Below are positions 1-14,050 of a DNA stretch of 64,000 bases, one piece after another. Each line of letters begins with the position of its first letter. The first letter of the stretch is position 1. Source of the stretch: Vicugna vicugna (Eukaryota); NCBI GenBank assembly GCA_013265495.1, contig MU062317.1, forward strand, positions 1,920,229-1,984,228, written 5' to 3'. The notes below the pieces were generated by a model, which ran no database searches, was not told the DNA's origin, and was given only the letters and a program-made list of their open reading frames with translations. The position numbers and the translations under genes were made by a program.

Positions 1-98
1 AGAGCGTAGACTGGTCCTGAGTGCAGGGCAGAGGTTTACAGGGCCGGGTGGTTTGAGGGCGGTCTGTCCCGTGACGACTCTGGTTGCTCCTGCTCCAG

Positions 99-2299
<2,201 letters not shown>

Positions 2300-2783
2300 C
2301 GCCCCTGCCAGGTAACAACCGCCCTGTGTGCAGCCCTCGTGACATGCAGGAAACTGGGGCGCAGGGTCTCTCGACTGATTGATGAGTCGTCATGTGGAGC
2401 GGTGGGAAGGTCAGCGTTCCCATCGCCCTGAGTGCGGCCCCACTGCGGATGGAAGGAGCTCGGGAGGAGCAGTGACGCTGACTAGCCTCTCTTGTCTTTC
2501 TGTGTAAAGCAGCAGGAGGACGCCGTGGTGACTGGAAGAGCATTCCAACCTGGAGCGTCCGTGATGGCGTTTCAACCCCTACTAACGTGGACGCCCTGCA
2601 CCGCCCCCAGAACTTCAAAAGGGCAAGATCTCTCCCCTTCACTTATTGCTGAAACCAAGAGCACAATTCCCATTAAGAGAAGAGTCTGTGCTGTAAACTA
2701 AACAAGTCGTGCATTCCCGCCGGGACCACTGTCTCTGTTTCCTTTTCTTTTTTGTCTTGAATGAATTTAAAAGGAAATACTAT

Positions 2784-2789
2784 AATAAA
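2784..2789 (+). terminator. Candidate proximal polyadenylation signal of GNB1
   Basis: AATAAA in an AT-rich context inside the 3'UTR. Confidence 0.45.
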
Positions 2790-4130
2790 AATGTTAATCA
2801 GAAGGTAACGTGAGTGTAATTGTGAGACAGACGCCCCTCTACCTAGTGGACTGAAGTCTAGATCTGCGATCCTGGTTTGTGCCGTTCGTGCAAAACCAGC
2901 TGCGGGTGTCATCTTGTAACTGAGTCTCAAGTTCAGATTGTGTTTGTAACAGGATTTTGCAAACATTCATATTTCCTTCTTAAAGTATATTCCTTTATGT
3001 TCAGTAGTTAACCGGAGACAGAGCGTCTCATGCAGCCTCTCTGACATTGTTAACAATGTAAATCTAGTCCCCAGTTTTTTAATTTTTCGTCTGGTGTCAC
3101 ATAATTGTTGCGCACACACCTGGCCCAGAAGGATGACGCTGTGGACGGTCTCGAACGCGTGGTGGACAGTGAACACCAGTCAGGCCCTGTTTCTTCCCCG
3201 ATCTGCTCTGTCTACCTTCTCAGTCCAGTTTTTAATCTCACTTTGGGTCTCCTTGTGAAGTCGGAGGGAAATTTGTAACAACAGCGCAACACTATCCCGT
3301 GCCCCCCGCTCCCCATCAGGAGCCTCCATTTCCCAGAGAGCCCGTCCTGTGCTTGGATAGTCAGTCAGTTATTTGTGTATGAAACAGCGTACAAATCAAT
3401 GTTTTGCAAATAATCTCAAACTTTCTAAGTTAAATTTTAAAAAATTTGATCGTTTGCCATATTGGGTGGGTTTACTCTTAGAATCGCATGCTGTAGAAAT
3501 GCTCAAAAGTGCACACAGGACTCAGTCCTTAGATGTTCTTTTTCTTTTAAGAAATAACCTCTTTAAAGTGGTAGCCGTCGAGGTCCGTCCACTGCTGCTG
3601 CTCCCGCACAGCGCCTCGGAAGCCGTGCAGTCGCGGCTCCACATGCTCGAGTCGCAGGACGAGTCACTGTTTTCTTTAATTCTTCAAAAACAAGTCCCAT
3701 TCCAAATGGCCGCTGTCGGGTGGGGGCGGACGGGCAGGGACTGGAGACCCTGGCCTCCCTCCCCGTGACCGCCGCATGCCGGCCCTCCCGCGGGACCGGC
3801 CTTCCGCCCCGAGCCCGGCATCTCTAACAGCAGGCCCCGGGCACGCGGCCCGGCCTGAGCGGCAGCATTGGCCCAGCAGCCGCCGCCTCCTGCGCCCGCG
3901 CTCCGTAGCAGCAGCGGCGGCTCCCCCAGCCTGTGTGTGCGGCACCTGGTGCCGAGGCCGCGCTCGGCCTGGGCCTGCGGAGCGAGGCAAGCCCCTCCCC
4001 GTCGGCGCCTCTGTAGAGCTCTCTGCACCCTGTCTCTCCATCTTTTGTATTTAATTCTCAAGCCAGTGTACTGCAAGGAAGCTGGACGCAAGATAGACCC
4101 TGTGCTCAACTGTGCTGTTATTTAAGGTGT

Positions 4131-4136
4131 AATAAA
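4131..4136 (+). terminator. Distal polyadenylation signal of GNB1
   Basis: AATAAA followed by GT-rich downstream sequence (GTGGCTGCTCGTTTGTGG). Confidence 0.75.
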
Positions 4137-7100
4137 GCAGTTTGACATGAGGGCTCTGGTGTGGCTGCTCGTTTGTGGGGCCGTTCGGTGTATGAAGCAG
4201 CCGCCCTGCCGGGCAGGTCCAGTGACCTGGTCGTGTGCGCAGTGCCCTCGCCCACCCCAGCTGCCCACCCGCCTGTCCCCACCGTGGAGAATCCAAGGAC
4301 GGGGCGGCAGGTCCTCACATGGACCTGCAGAGCAGCAGGGTCCTGGCAGCCCTGGCCACCTGTCACCACCAGGGTGATGTCTTCTCATCTCTGCCCGTGG
4401 GCTCCCGAGGGGCTGTTCTCCCTCCGTCCCCTCCTCTGAGCCTGTGTCCCCACAGCTGGCCTGCCCTTCCTCCTCCCTCCCCAAGATACTGAGAACATTA
4501 CTCCAGAGACACCTTTCCTTCTGATCAAATGTGTTTCACCGGAGTCTGAATGAAAAGAACATAGCGTCAGAAAAAATGAGCATCGGCCACACACGAGACA
4601 GACTTGAGTGCCCGTCGGGGACTCATTCAGCCTCCTCCCTGGCCCCCAGCCCTGCCTTCTCGCCGAAGGACGCAATTTTCCTTAGTCTTAGACGTCCTGT
4701 AAGGTTATGAAAGATCACTTGGTGATTTTCATGGGTGAGACAGGCGCTGGCACTTCTCCATAAGCAAGGGAAGCACTCTGCTGACCCTCGTCTCCAGTCA
4801 CCAGGAAAAGCCACGGGGGCCCCCGGGCTCTGCTCGCCAGTTGGGTGAGCAGGACGAGCACCTCAGCGGGGGCGCCCGGGTGTTTCTGCCAGGGCTCAGC
4901 GCATCTCCTGGTGACTGACAGCCTGAACAGTGCATTTTCCTGGCTTCCACCTCCCCCACTTCTCTCTGAAGTAAATCTGTTTTTTGCAGATTTTAACCTT
5001 GCCAGCAGTCGTGCTAAATGCTAGAGGGAGTTGAAGGTGCTCCCTGGGCTGGCAGCCCGAGTCCTGGGGGGCGGGGGGGCACACCTGCCGTTGGCTCACC
5101 CTGGGGGTGGGCACAGGTCTCAGCCAGGCTCCCTTCAGTGCCCAGGCCTGGCACCCAGTCTGTCTCCTGCTCCCCCACCCAGGGCCAGGGGAGCTCACAA
5201 AGCCGTCTGCTGGCCTCAAGACTACTGTCAACTTTCTCAGCAAAATGATCACTGAATGTAGGCGTCCGCAGGAGTACTGGGGAACAGCCAGCAGAGGTGT
5301 TGAGCAAAAGGTCTCCCGCACCATGCTGCCCTGTGTGAACCTCGGACTTCAAACCAGGCACAAGCCTGGATGCCCCTGGGAGGAGACATCTTGCCTCTCG
5401 CCCCACCTCCCCTCCAGGTACCAGCCTTTGTCCCTTCCTTCCTCCAGCCTCTCCTGCAGCCTCCCCCGCTCGTGTCCAAGGTACCAGCCAGCTCTGGTGG
5501 GCACACCTGTCACAGGTGTGGCGTCCACGCTAAGCACGGAGCTCTCAGCAGCTGGACATGAACTGCAGTGACCTCTAGGACCACTGGCACTTGGTACCTG
5601 CGCTCCGAGGTCCAGTCTCTTCTTCCTGCAGCACACGGTGCGCAGGTCCCCTCGCTGTGTCCAGCCTCCCCAGGCACGGGTTTCCTTCTGTCCCCACAAT
5701 CCCCAAAGCCTGACCCTCTACATAGCCTCCTGCCCGCCCCTGTGGTCCTCCTCCTAATGTGTGGGGGGTTGCCCCACCCCCACCTGTCTCCCCCGACTCC
5801 TCTCCCACCACTTTATCTGGCCCACCAGACCTCTTCACCTTATCCCCCACCCAGCTCTGTCTCCCCCGCGAGGGTCCCCACTCCTGGAGTCCTGCCGGAG
5901 TCCTTGCCAGAGCCAAAGCCAAATGCTTCCCCTTCTCATCCTAGCTGTGTGATCTTTGGCAAGTTACTTGTCTTCTCTAGATTCGCTGTGTGGAAATCTC
6001 AAGAAGAAAATCGCCTGCTCCTAGAGACCTTGTGAGGATCCAGAGTCCCACATGCGCGCGAGGTGTTGGGGCAGGGGCTGCTTACTGGGCTTCGCCATCA
6101 GGGATCCCCACCCTCCCGGGGGCGTGCCCTTCCCCCAGCACCCTGCTGAGAAGTATGGGGGCGGGGGCATCCCAGAGACTCCCAAGTGCGCAATTCCGGA
6201 CACTGGCCCCTGGGGAGGGCCACGTAAGGCAGGACAGGAAGGGCTGGCTTGTCCAAGGCATGCTGGCTGGAGGCCAGAGCTGGGGGGGTGGACGAGACGA
6301 CCTCTGGATAGCCTGAGACACTCAGCTCCTCCACAGGGAGGCTCGTCGAGTCCTAGCCACCTCCCCTTTTGGGTGCTGGGCAGCCTTGGTTCACTCGGTT
6401 CCCCTCAGCCAGGCACAGCTGAGTCCTCCTTCCCCAGGAGTGGGATCAGGACCCGCCTCCACCCAAATCCAGGGGCACCCCCTGCCTGAATCAGTCTCTG
6501 GGCTGGCAGCCCTGTCACTCCACCCTTCATGGCCCTGCTTCCTGCATTTCCCCACCGCCACCCCCCAGCAGGGTCCCCCATCTTTCAACCCTCAGAAGAA
6601 TGTGGGTCCAGGTTTGGGGGAGTCTAAAGCTTAAACAATAGAGTCATGTTTCAGGAAAAGGATACAAAGAAACAAATTTCAAATTAACAGAGTTCTGCAG
6701 CCCTGGCACTGGGAGAGTTCATGCCCATGGCCTGGCCAGAATGAGACCTTTCCTGAACCCTGAGCCCCTCCCCAGGCAGACCCCCCCATCCTCTGCCCAG
6801 CCCACACTGGCTGGACTGGCATCCATCCCCCACCCTCAGCCAGGCTTTGTCCCCACTGCTGGCCCTCCCCTCTCCCTATGATAGCCTGGCTCATCCCAGC
6901 TCAGCCTTTGGACTCAGCCCAAGCAAAATCTCTAGGAAACTTCCAGATGCCCTAAGGTGCTCCTCCCAGCATCGGACTTTCTGTGATTTGCTGGTCAGCT
7001 CTTCAGGGACTGGGTGTGAGCCCCAGGGTGGGACCCAGGGCCTGCTGGGAGGAATTGCACAATCAGGCTCAGCTGAAGGAAGCCATAGCCTGTTTTCTCA

Positions 7101-8570
7101 TTCCTGCAATGGGGACACGCTCCTGCTGGAAGTCTGTCTGGGTCCACAGAGGACAGATTTCCAGGGTTACAGACACACACCTGCACAAATTCACTTTAGA
7201 GAGGGGTACACAGGAAGGGTGCCTGCTGTGTGACCTTGGCTAGCTACAAGGTAGGAGCTCCTGCCTTGGTGCCTTCTCTGCAAAGACCGTCCCTGCTCTA
7301 GAAGGCTCTTGGGGCCTGGCCCAGTGCCTGGCTCGTAGCCAAGTGGTGGATCAAGCATTAACATTATTATGTTAATGACCAAATCCAAAAACAGATCAGA
7401 TACAAAAAAAGCAGCTCAAAGGCTTCTCTTTTCTGTGGGTGTGCCTGGGGGTTACTTTGGGGAAGCGGTTGGGTTTACAAAATAACCAGATGGGGAAGTT
7501 ACAGAGCTTGAGAAATCCCCCCAAGTTCCCACCATCTTTGCCCCCTTTCCACTGGTGACCCCATTGCCCTGTGATCCCAGGACAGCAGTGAGACGTGCCC
7601 TGTTCTGGGCCCAGCTGTGTTCCAGGTCGCTGAACACAGGGCCAGGAGTCCCGGCCGGAGAAGAAGCCTGTCAACAGCAGGTATGGGGCTGGGGAGACCT
7701 GGAGGCCAGAATGCTGCAGAGGACCCCAGTCCACAGAGGGGCTGGGTTCCGCTGTACGTCCAGGAGACCCGGGTGTGGAAAAGAACACGGCTCGCACTTG
7801 GAGAGCCAGGCAGGTTACAGAGCTCCCGCCCCACATTGCCGTGGCTCATCTACAGTGACCCTGCGTTAGCTTATTCACAGACGCGTCCCAGGAGCGGGGC
7901 ACACGACTGGGACACGACTCTGTGCACTGGTGGTGGGTAACCCGTCAATTCAGCACGCCTAGGGAGGATGCAAGGTGTCTGGGCTGGGGCGGGGGGCGCA
8001 GATCCACCTTGGCCGCCTTCCTCCCTCCTCCCCAGGTCCTCCAGTGCGGGGCTGGAGGGGGGGTGAACAGTTGGCAGCCCACCCTCGGCGGGCCCCACTG
8101 AGACCCAGGCCCAGAGCCCCTCGGGGACAGGCGGTGTGTGCTAGGACCGGCCAGGCTGCATGGGACGGGCGAGGCCCACGATGGCCGGGTCAGGCCTCTC
8201 CCTCCAGCGGGGCCGGCAGCCGACGGGCGGGGTTCTGTCGCAGCTCCCACCGAGTTTTGGTTCCCAAAACATACTCCTTGTAAGCAGAGCCACACACTGG
8301 CAGTTACGGAGCCCTCGGCGGGCGGTGTCACCGCTCGCAGGGGCCGCAGTCAGCCCACCTGGCCCGCGTGGGAGAGGGGGAGGGCGGGAAGGGCGCCAGG
8401 CGGGGAGGCCAGGCCGGCGACCGTGCCTCCGAGGTTGCGGGGTGAGTGGCGACCAGGCGCCGTCCTCTCTGGGCCGCCGCCGGGGTGGGGGCGGCCGAGG
8501 CCCCGAGCTCGCTCGCTCGCCCTCCTCCCAGGGCCGTCCCAGCCCCGCCCCGCAGGCCTCCGCCTCCGCC

Positions 8571-8604
8571 NNNNNNNNNNNNNNNNNNNNNNNNNNNNNN
8601 NNNN
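8571..8604. other. Assembly gap (34 N) in the NADK promoter
   Basis: Run of N. Confidence 0.99.
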
Positions 8605-8669
8605 GCGCGGTGTTAGGGCGGGTGGGGCGCGTGCGCGGGGTGGGCCGGGCGCGCGTGCGCACTGGCGGC

Positions 8670-8857
8670 GTGGCGGCATTGCTGCTCTGCGGGCCGGCGC
8701 CGCGGGGCGGGCGGCCGTGGTCTGGGGGCGGCCATGGGCCAGGGGGCGGCTGCGGCGCCGGGAGCCGGCTAGCGGCGGCGAGTGGCGGCGGGGCGGCGGC
8801 GCCGGCGGGCTCGGCCCAGCGTGGGAACGGCCCCGCAGGCGCCCGCGGCCGCGAACG
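8670..8857 (+). other. NADK: NADK non-coding exon 1 (start approximate)
   Basis: Lies in the CpG island and ends at the strong donor ACG|GTGAGT. The next recognisable NADK exon begins at 15292. The TSS is inferred, not observed. Confidence 0.7.
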
Positions 8858-10749
8858 GTGAGTGCTCGGCCCCTCGGCCCAGCGGGCTGGCTGGGGCTGG
8901 AGGGCCGGGGGCGGGGGACCGAGGGCTGCCCTGCCCACCGCGCGCGCATGGACGCCGGGAGGCGCCGGCCAGCCGGCCGACCCCCGACACGGGCCTCCCT
9001 GCAAGTGTCCGGGCAGCCCGAGTCCGCGCTGTGGGGCAGCTTGGAGGGTTCGGCCCTCACGCGGGGCGGTCAGTTAGGGGTCCACGTCTCGTTGTTGATC
9101 CTCCGGAAGCGCATTCCCGACGCCCCCGAGGCCGGTGGCGGGGCCTCGCAGGGGTCCGGTCCGAGTCCCTGGTCCCTTTGCCCCCTTGTCTGGCGCACTC
9201 GGGTCCGCGTCGGGGGACCGGCCCGTCGAGGGTGCGCCCCGGGCCGGAGCCCCGTCGTTTTCACGTCCTGGACGGCGCCCTGCGCGGACCCGCTCCCGGT
9301 CCTCTGCTCCGGCCTCGCCCGGAGTCCTCCGGCCGTGACCTTTGCTCCCGCGGGGACTGCGGACAGGGACGGGCGCCGGGCGGCGCGGACACAGGCTCCC
9401 TGGAGGGGCCTTCGGAGCTCCTGGTTGTCCTCCCTGAACTTGCAGGTGGGCTTCGCTACCGGCACGAAGCGGTGATCGAGGGCCTCCCTGGGGAGGTGGC
9501 CGGGAGGGGAGGGGCCCCGTAAGCAAATCCGGAAACCGCCGGCCGCCTGATCAGCGCCTGAGCAAAGGAACGTTTACCCTGCAGAAGGAAGGGGCAGGTG
9601 GTTCTTTGTGGGGGTTGGTGTCCGCACACCTTTACCTGGAATCAGGGCTTCCCTATGGGCTGGGAGTTACAGCCGTCGGAGGCCGTGGCGCACTCCGTGT
9701 CTCCCGGGCTTCGCACCTGTTGACAGGCACTAGGCCAGCCTGTAACTGCCGGATTCCCCCGCTGTGGTCTGTGCTGCTCGCTGACCATTTGCAGTATCTC
9801 CTGACTCACAGTGGACTGCCTGCTCCTGAGTTTAGCGGGTGGGAACAGGCAAACAGCTGTTTAGACAGTTGGTGGAAAGCATTCAGGGGAAGTTGGTGAA
9901 GGTGGCCTGGAGGTGTGCGGTGTGCAGCCAGACAGGGTGTTACCTGGCTTCGTTCAGAACCGCGCAGACCCTGTTTTCCTGTCTGCCCAAGGAAAGGGGC
10001 GGCAGCCACAGCCCGCTTTGGTCTCTAGCTCTGTTCCTTTATATGGCCCCCAGTCTGGCTTTTGGTGCACTTGCCGTAGAACTTTCCAAAAGGTCTCCCT
10101 CGGTTCAGAGGCTGCCAGTGTGTGCGCCTGGTTTTATCACATCCTTGCTGGCATTTCGCATCATTTATTGATGGGAGAGGAGAAGGGAGATTTACAAGGT
10201 ACTTTGTTTCAACTCAGTGTTAAGGAGTCAGGTTGAACAGTTCCCATATGCGTCACCAAATGAACTTTCCTTTTTCTTTCAGTTTTTCCCCAAATACCTG
10301 TTGAGAGCTCGCACTGGACGTCATATGTGTTATGTTTATATTTTACTTCCTGGCGTCACCGTGTCTCCCTGCCCCTTTGGGCAGGTGTTTATCTCTGAAT
10401 GCTTCATTAGAACGCTTCAACGCTTTTGTGCTCATAAAACCCCCAATGCAGAAGGTTTTCACAACTAGACTAGTGCTGTCGGGAACTTTAATGAACTTGG
10501 ATGGAGTTAGAATTTCATCCTTTTAAAGCAGTTGACATAGCAAATAAACTTCAATTAAATATGCGTCCTGATTTGCCATAGTCAAAAAATATGCTGTGGA
10601 GATAAATTTTAAAAGCTGGTTTTTAATATTTAATGTGATGTTTTTGTAAGTTACTTTACTACTTATTCATTAAATTAGTCTTTGTAACTGAAGATTGACA
10701 GCTCCTGGATAATTTGTAATAGACAATTTTTAAATACATTTGCTTTTTG

Positions 10750-12300
10750 TGGTTTTGATTGGTTTATTCTTTTTTAAAAAATTAATTGTTTGCTTTGAAA
10801 TAATTATGGACTCACAGAAAGTTGTTAAAGTGATAGAGAAACCCCTGTGCCCCGAACCCCGAGTGTTACCTCCGGGGCGAGAGTGCGGTAATACAGAACC
10901 CCGGAAGCCAGCATTGGAAGAGTCCCGCCACCGTATGCACCCCTTTCTCAGACTAAAGCAGTTTCGACGTGTGTGTGCTCCTCTCCAGTGTTACCCTGTG
11001 CGCATCTGTATGACTCCCACCGCAGTGCAGGCTCGCAGCTGTCCCCTTGTGCCAAGGAGCCCCCACCCCATGTCTCCTCACACTGCTGGCAACCACCGTT
11101 CTCCGCCTCTCCCTAATTTTGTCATTGGGAGAAGGTTGTATACGTGGGAGCGTTCGTTACGTTACCGCCTGGGACTGGCCTGGTTCACGCGGAGGCCCTG
11201 AGAGCGCCCCGCCTGCCGGGCGCCACTTGGTTGTAGGACCAGTTGCAGTTCGCTGCCCCGTTCACCAGCTGGGAGCCGTTTGCGCCCTCTGCAGTTTTGG
11301 GCTGTTGCAAAGCTGTGAGCGTTCATGTGCAGGTTGTTCTGTGAACAGCAGTTATTTCTCTGGGATAAATGCAGTGGCTGGGCTGTGCGTAAGAAACTGT
11401 AGGACCTTTCAGGAGTGTGGGAGAGGGCGCTTCCCGGCAGCCTCTCTAGCGTTTAATTGTTTGAGCCGTTCTGGTGTGTGTGCAGGGACGCCACGTTGGG
11501 ATTTTAATCCCCTCCTGGGGTGGGGGTGGCGTGGAGCCTCCTCCCGCTGTCTCCTCCACACATCCTTTGCGGTCAGCTCCTCTTCTAACAGTCAGACGGT
11601 TTGGCTTTCCACTGTTGCATTTTGAGAGTTCTTTCTGTTACAGATACAAATCCTCTGTTGGATAACTAGTTTGAAAACATTTTCTCCCAGTCTGTAGCTT
11701 GCTGTTTATCCTCTTAACAGGGTCTTCCACAGAGCACGTCTCTAATTTCAACGAAGCCTAGTTTATCGATTTTTTAAAATCTCTTACAAACTGTGCTTTT
11801 TATATCGTGTACAAAACATTCTCTTTAGTCATAGGTACCCAAAACTTTCTCCTGTTTTCTAATAAAAGTTTTATAGTACATGTTTGGAGGGGGAGGGTGT
11901 AGCTTGGTGGTAGAGCGTGTGCTTAGCATGCACAAGGTCCTGGGTTCAGTCCCCAGTGCCTCCGTTATTTATAAATAAATAGATAAATAACCTCATTATG
12001 TCCCCTCCTGAACAAAAAACAAAAGGATTAAAAAAAGTTATAGTTTGTCTTATGTTTAACTTAAGCCATTTCGACCCATTTTGAGTTAATTTTTGCCTCA
12101 GGTGTGAAGGTGAGGCCGAGTTCGCTTCTTGCCTAGGGGGCGAAGCGGATCCAGCACCGCCCTTGGAAGGATGCTCCTGCCTTCCTTGACTTGCCATCGC
12201 CCGCCTGTCAGAGGCAGCGGGCTGTGTCTGCATGGCTCTGCTTCTGGCCCCCGCCCCGCCGCCTTGATCCTGCAGTCCTAGAGCGCGTCTCAGAGGGGAC
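10750..12300 (-). mobile_element. Old, diverged L1 3' fragment in antisense orientation in NADK intron 1, interrupted by a SINE
   Basis: Segments resembling reverse L1 ORF2-end/3'UTR consensus, e.g. ACATTTTCTCCCAGTCTGTAGCTTGCTGTTTATCCTCTTAACAGGGTCTT and AAAAGTTTTATAGT. Boundaries approximate. Confidence 0.65.
11887..12036 (+). mobile_element. tRNA-derived SINE (camelid Vic-1-like)
   Basis: GGGGAGGGTGTAGCTTGGTGGTAGAGCG...CCTGGGTTCAGTCCCCAG head with A-box and B-box, followed by a (TAAA)n stretch and an A-rich tail. Confidence 0.9.
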
Positions 12301-12479
12301 TCACCCCTCATCCGGCTTCTCACACACCATCTTCGCTCTCCTTTCCCTCCCATACACGTTTTAGAGTAAGCTTGTCCCTACTTACAAGAAAGCTGGCTGG
12401 GGTCTTTATAGAAACCGCGTTAAACTTGCAGACTGGCTCTGGGGGAACTGGCGCCGGCCGCCCTGGTGGGGTGGGGGCC

Positions 12480-14050
12480 CGCCGTGCTGTGAGCTGACGT
12501 CCCCTCGTGGCACGCTGCGGGGCGCCTCTCCGCCTGCCTGTTTGCCGAACATGGGGTCTTTGCCCATGTTTTAGCTGGGTTGTTTTCTTACCAGGTTTTA
12601 AGAAATCTTCATATTTTCTAGAAGCAACTCCTTTGTCACACATACATTTAGTAAATGTATTTTGTTGGTCTACAGCTTGTAATTTCACTTTCTTAAGTGT
12701 CTTATGAAGAGTGAAAGATTTTAATTGTACTGAAGTTCAGTTTGTCGAGTTCTGAAGTCTGTGTTCTGTGTGTTCCGTTTAAGATTCACCAAACCCAAGG
12801 CCGCTGAGATTTTCTCCAGTGCTTTCTTCTAAAAGTTTTATGGTTTTGAGCCTTACACTTAGGTCTGTAATCCATTTTGAGTTGCTCTTTGCATCTCATG
12901 TGAGAAAAGAGTTTAGCTTCATTCTTTCAGACGCGGCTGTCGAGTCTTCCTGGAGCTGTTTGGAAAGGTTGCCCTCCCCGGTGAGACCCCTCTGTTGAAA
13001 ACCCACCGACTGAACGTGTGCGAGGTTTCAGTTCCCTCGACCTTGTGTCGACCTTCACATGGGCGCCACCTCATCTGGTTACTGTAGCTTCCCCACAAGT
13101 CACGAAATCAGGTAGTGTTAGTCCTCCAACATTGTTTTTTCAGTCTTTTTTTTTTTTTTAAGCTATTCTAGGTCCTTTAAATTTCTACGTTCATTTTAGA
13201 ATCAGCTTGTCATTTCCTATCGAAAGGGCAGGATTTTGTTTGCTGGGTTTGGGTAGAATCTGCCGGTCACTTTGGGGAGCACTGAGACCTTAGCAACAGT
13301 GTGTCCTCCCGTCTGCAAACGTGGACGTGTCTCCATTTACTTGTTTCCTCTAAGCTCTGCCAGCAGTGTTTGGCCATCTCAGTGTACAGGGCTTATACTT
13401 CTTATTGAGGTACAGTTGACACGCAATGTTAGTTACGTATTATTTACATGAAACGCTGGGATTCTGTTTTTCAAACGTTGTGGAATGATTAGCAGAGTAA
13501 GCCTGGTTGGCGTCTGTCCCTGCATGTAGTGAGAAGTTTGTTTTCCTGTGAGAAACTTCACCGTCCGCCCTGTCAGCACCTTTCAGATACACACGTCGGT
13601 TCTGTCCTCTGAGGCCGTCGCGGGGCCCGTCGCACGCCAGACTTGCCCACCTCGCGGCTGGGAGGAGGCACTGCATTGCAGCTGCACCCTTGCATGTGCT
13701 GGACTTCATGCTGCTGTCAATGGGGTTTTAAATGTCAGTTTCTTACTGTCGTTGCTAGTGTGGAAACACAACTGATTTTTGTATGTTCACTTAGTCTCCT
13801 GCAACCTTCCCGATAAACTCACTTGTGACAGTCGCTCTTATCTCTCTGTGTGATTTTCTGCACAGGCAGCCCTGTCACCGTGAGTGGGTCCTCCCTGCTC
13901 CTACTCGTCTGTGTGCTGTTGCAGCTTCTTGCTGCACCGGCTGTGGCCTCAGGCACAGCGTCAGGTAGGACTGGTTGTATCAGACAAGCCTTTGTAGGTT
14001 CCGGTGTTCATTTAACTTTTCATTTGTTCGGACGAAAACATCAGTGTTTC
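12480..14050 (-). mobile_element. Second old antisense L1 fragment in NADK intron 1
   Basis: TTTCTTCTAAAAGTTTTATGGTTTTGAGCCTTACACTTAGGTCTGTAATCCATTTTGAGTT and CTATTCTAGGTCCTTTAAATTTC resemble reverse L1 ORF2. It covers the same consensus segment as the 11650-11880 part of the first fragment, so it is a separate copy. Confidence 0.65.

Larger units (their letters stand above)
2300..4160 (+). other. GNB1: GNB1 3'UTR, with an intron at 2312..2512 located 12 nt after the stop codon; last exon starts at about 2513
   Basis: Donor CAG|GTAACA at 2311/2312 and pyrimidine tract plus AAGCAGCAG acceptor at 2507-2515. Downstream sequence (GACTGGAAGAGCATTCCAAC..., AAGAGCACAATTCCCATT) resembles the GNB1 3'UTR as I recall it. 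The 3' end is estimated from AATAAA at 4131. Confidence 0.8.
8300..9560 (+). promoter_or_regulatory. CpG island promoter of NADK, with two NRF1-like sites (8627-8636, 8651-8660) and GC boxes
   Basis: Very high GC and CpG density; GCGCGTGCGC occurs twice; the island contains the exon-1 donor G|GTGAGT at 8857/8858. Confidence 0.85.

Noticed and set aside
4160-8200. Possible hidden gene between GNB1 and NADK
   Set aside because: Only scattered splice-like motifs and short GC-rich ORFs; no coherent exon chain or homology.
8138-9526. Several long overlapping ORFs (up to 445 aa) on both strands
   Set aside because: They lie in the NADK CpG island, where stop codons are scarce; they are Gly/Arg/Pro/Ala low-complexity, span an N gap and resemble no known family.
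11887-11965. tRNA-like sequences here and at 17950-18020, 47405-47478 and 55273-55335
   Set aside because: They are SINE heads with degenerate stems followed by an AT-rich body and A tail, one with a clear TSD; not tRNA genes.
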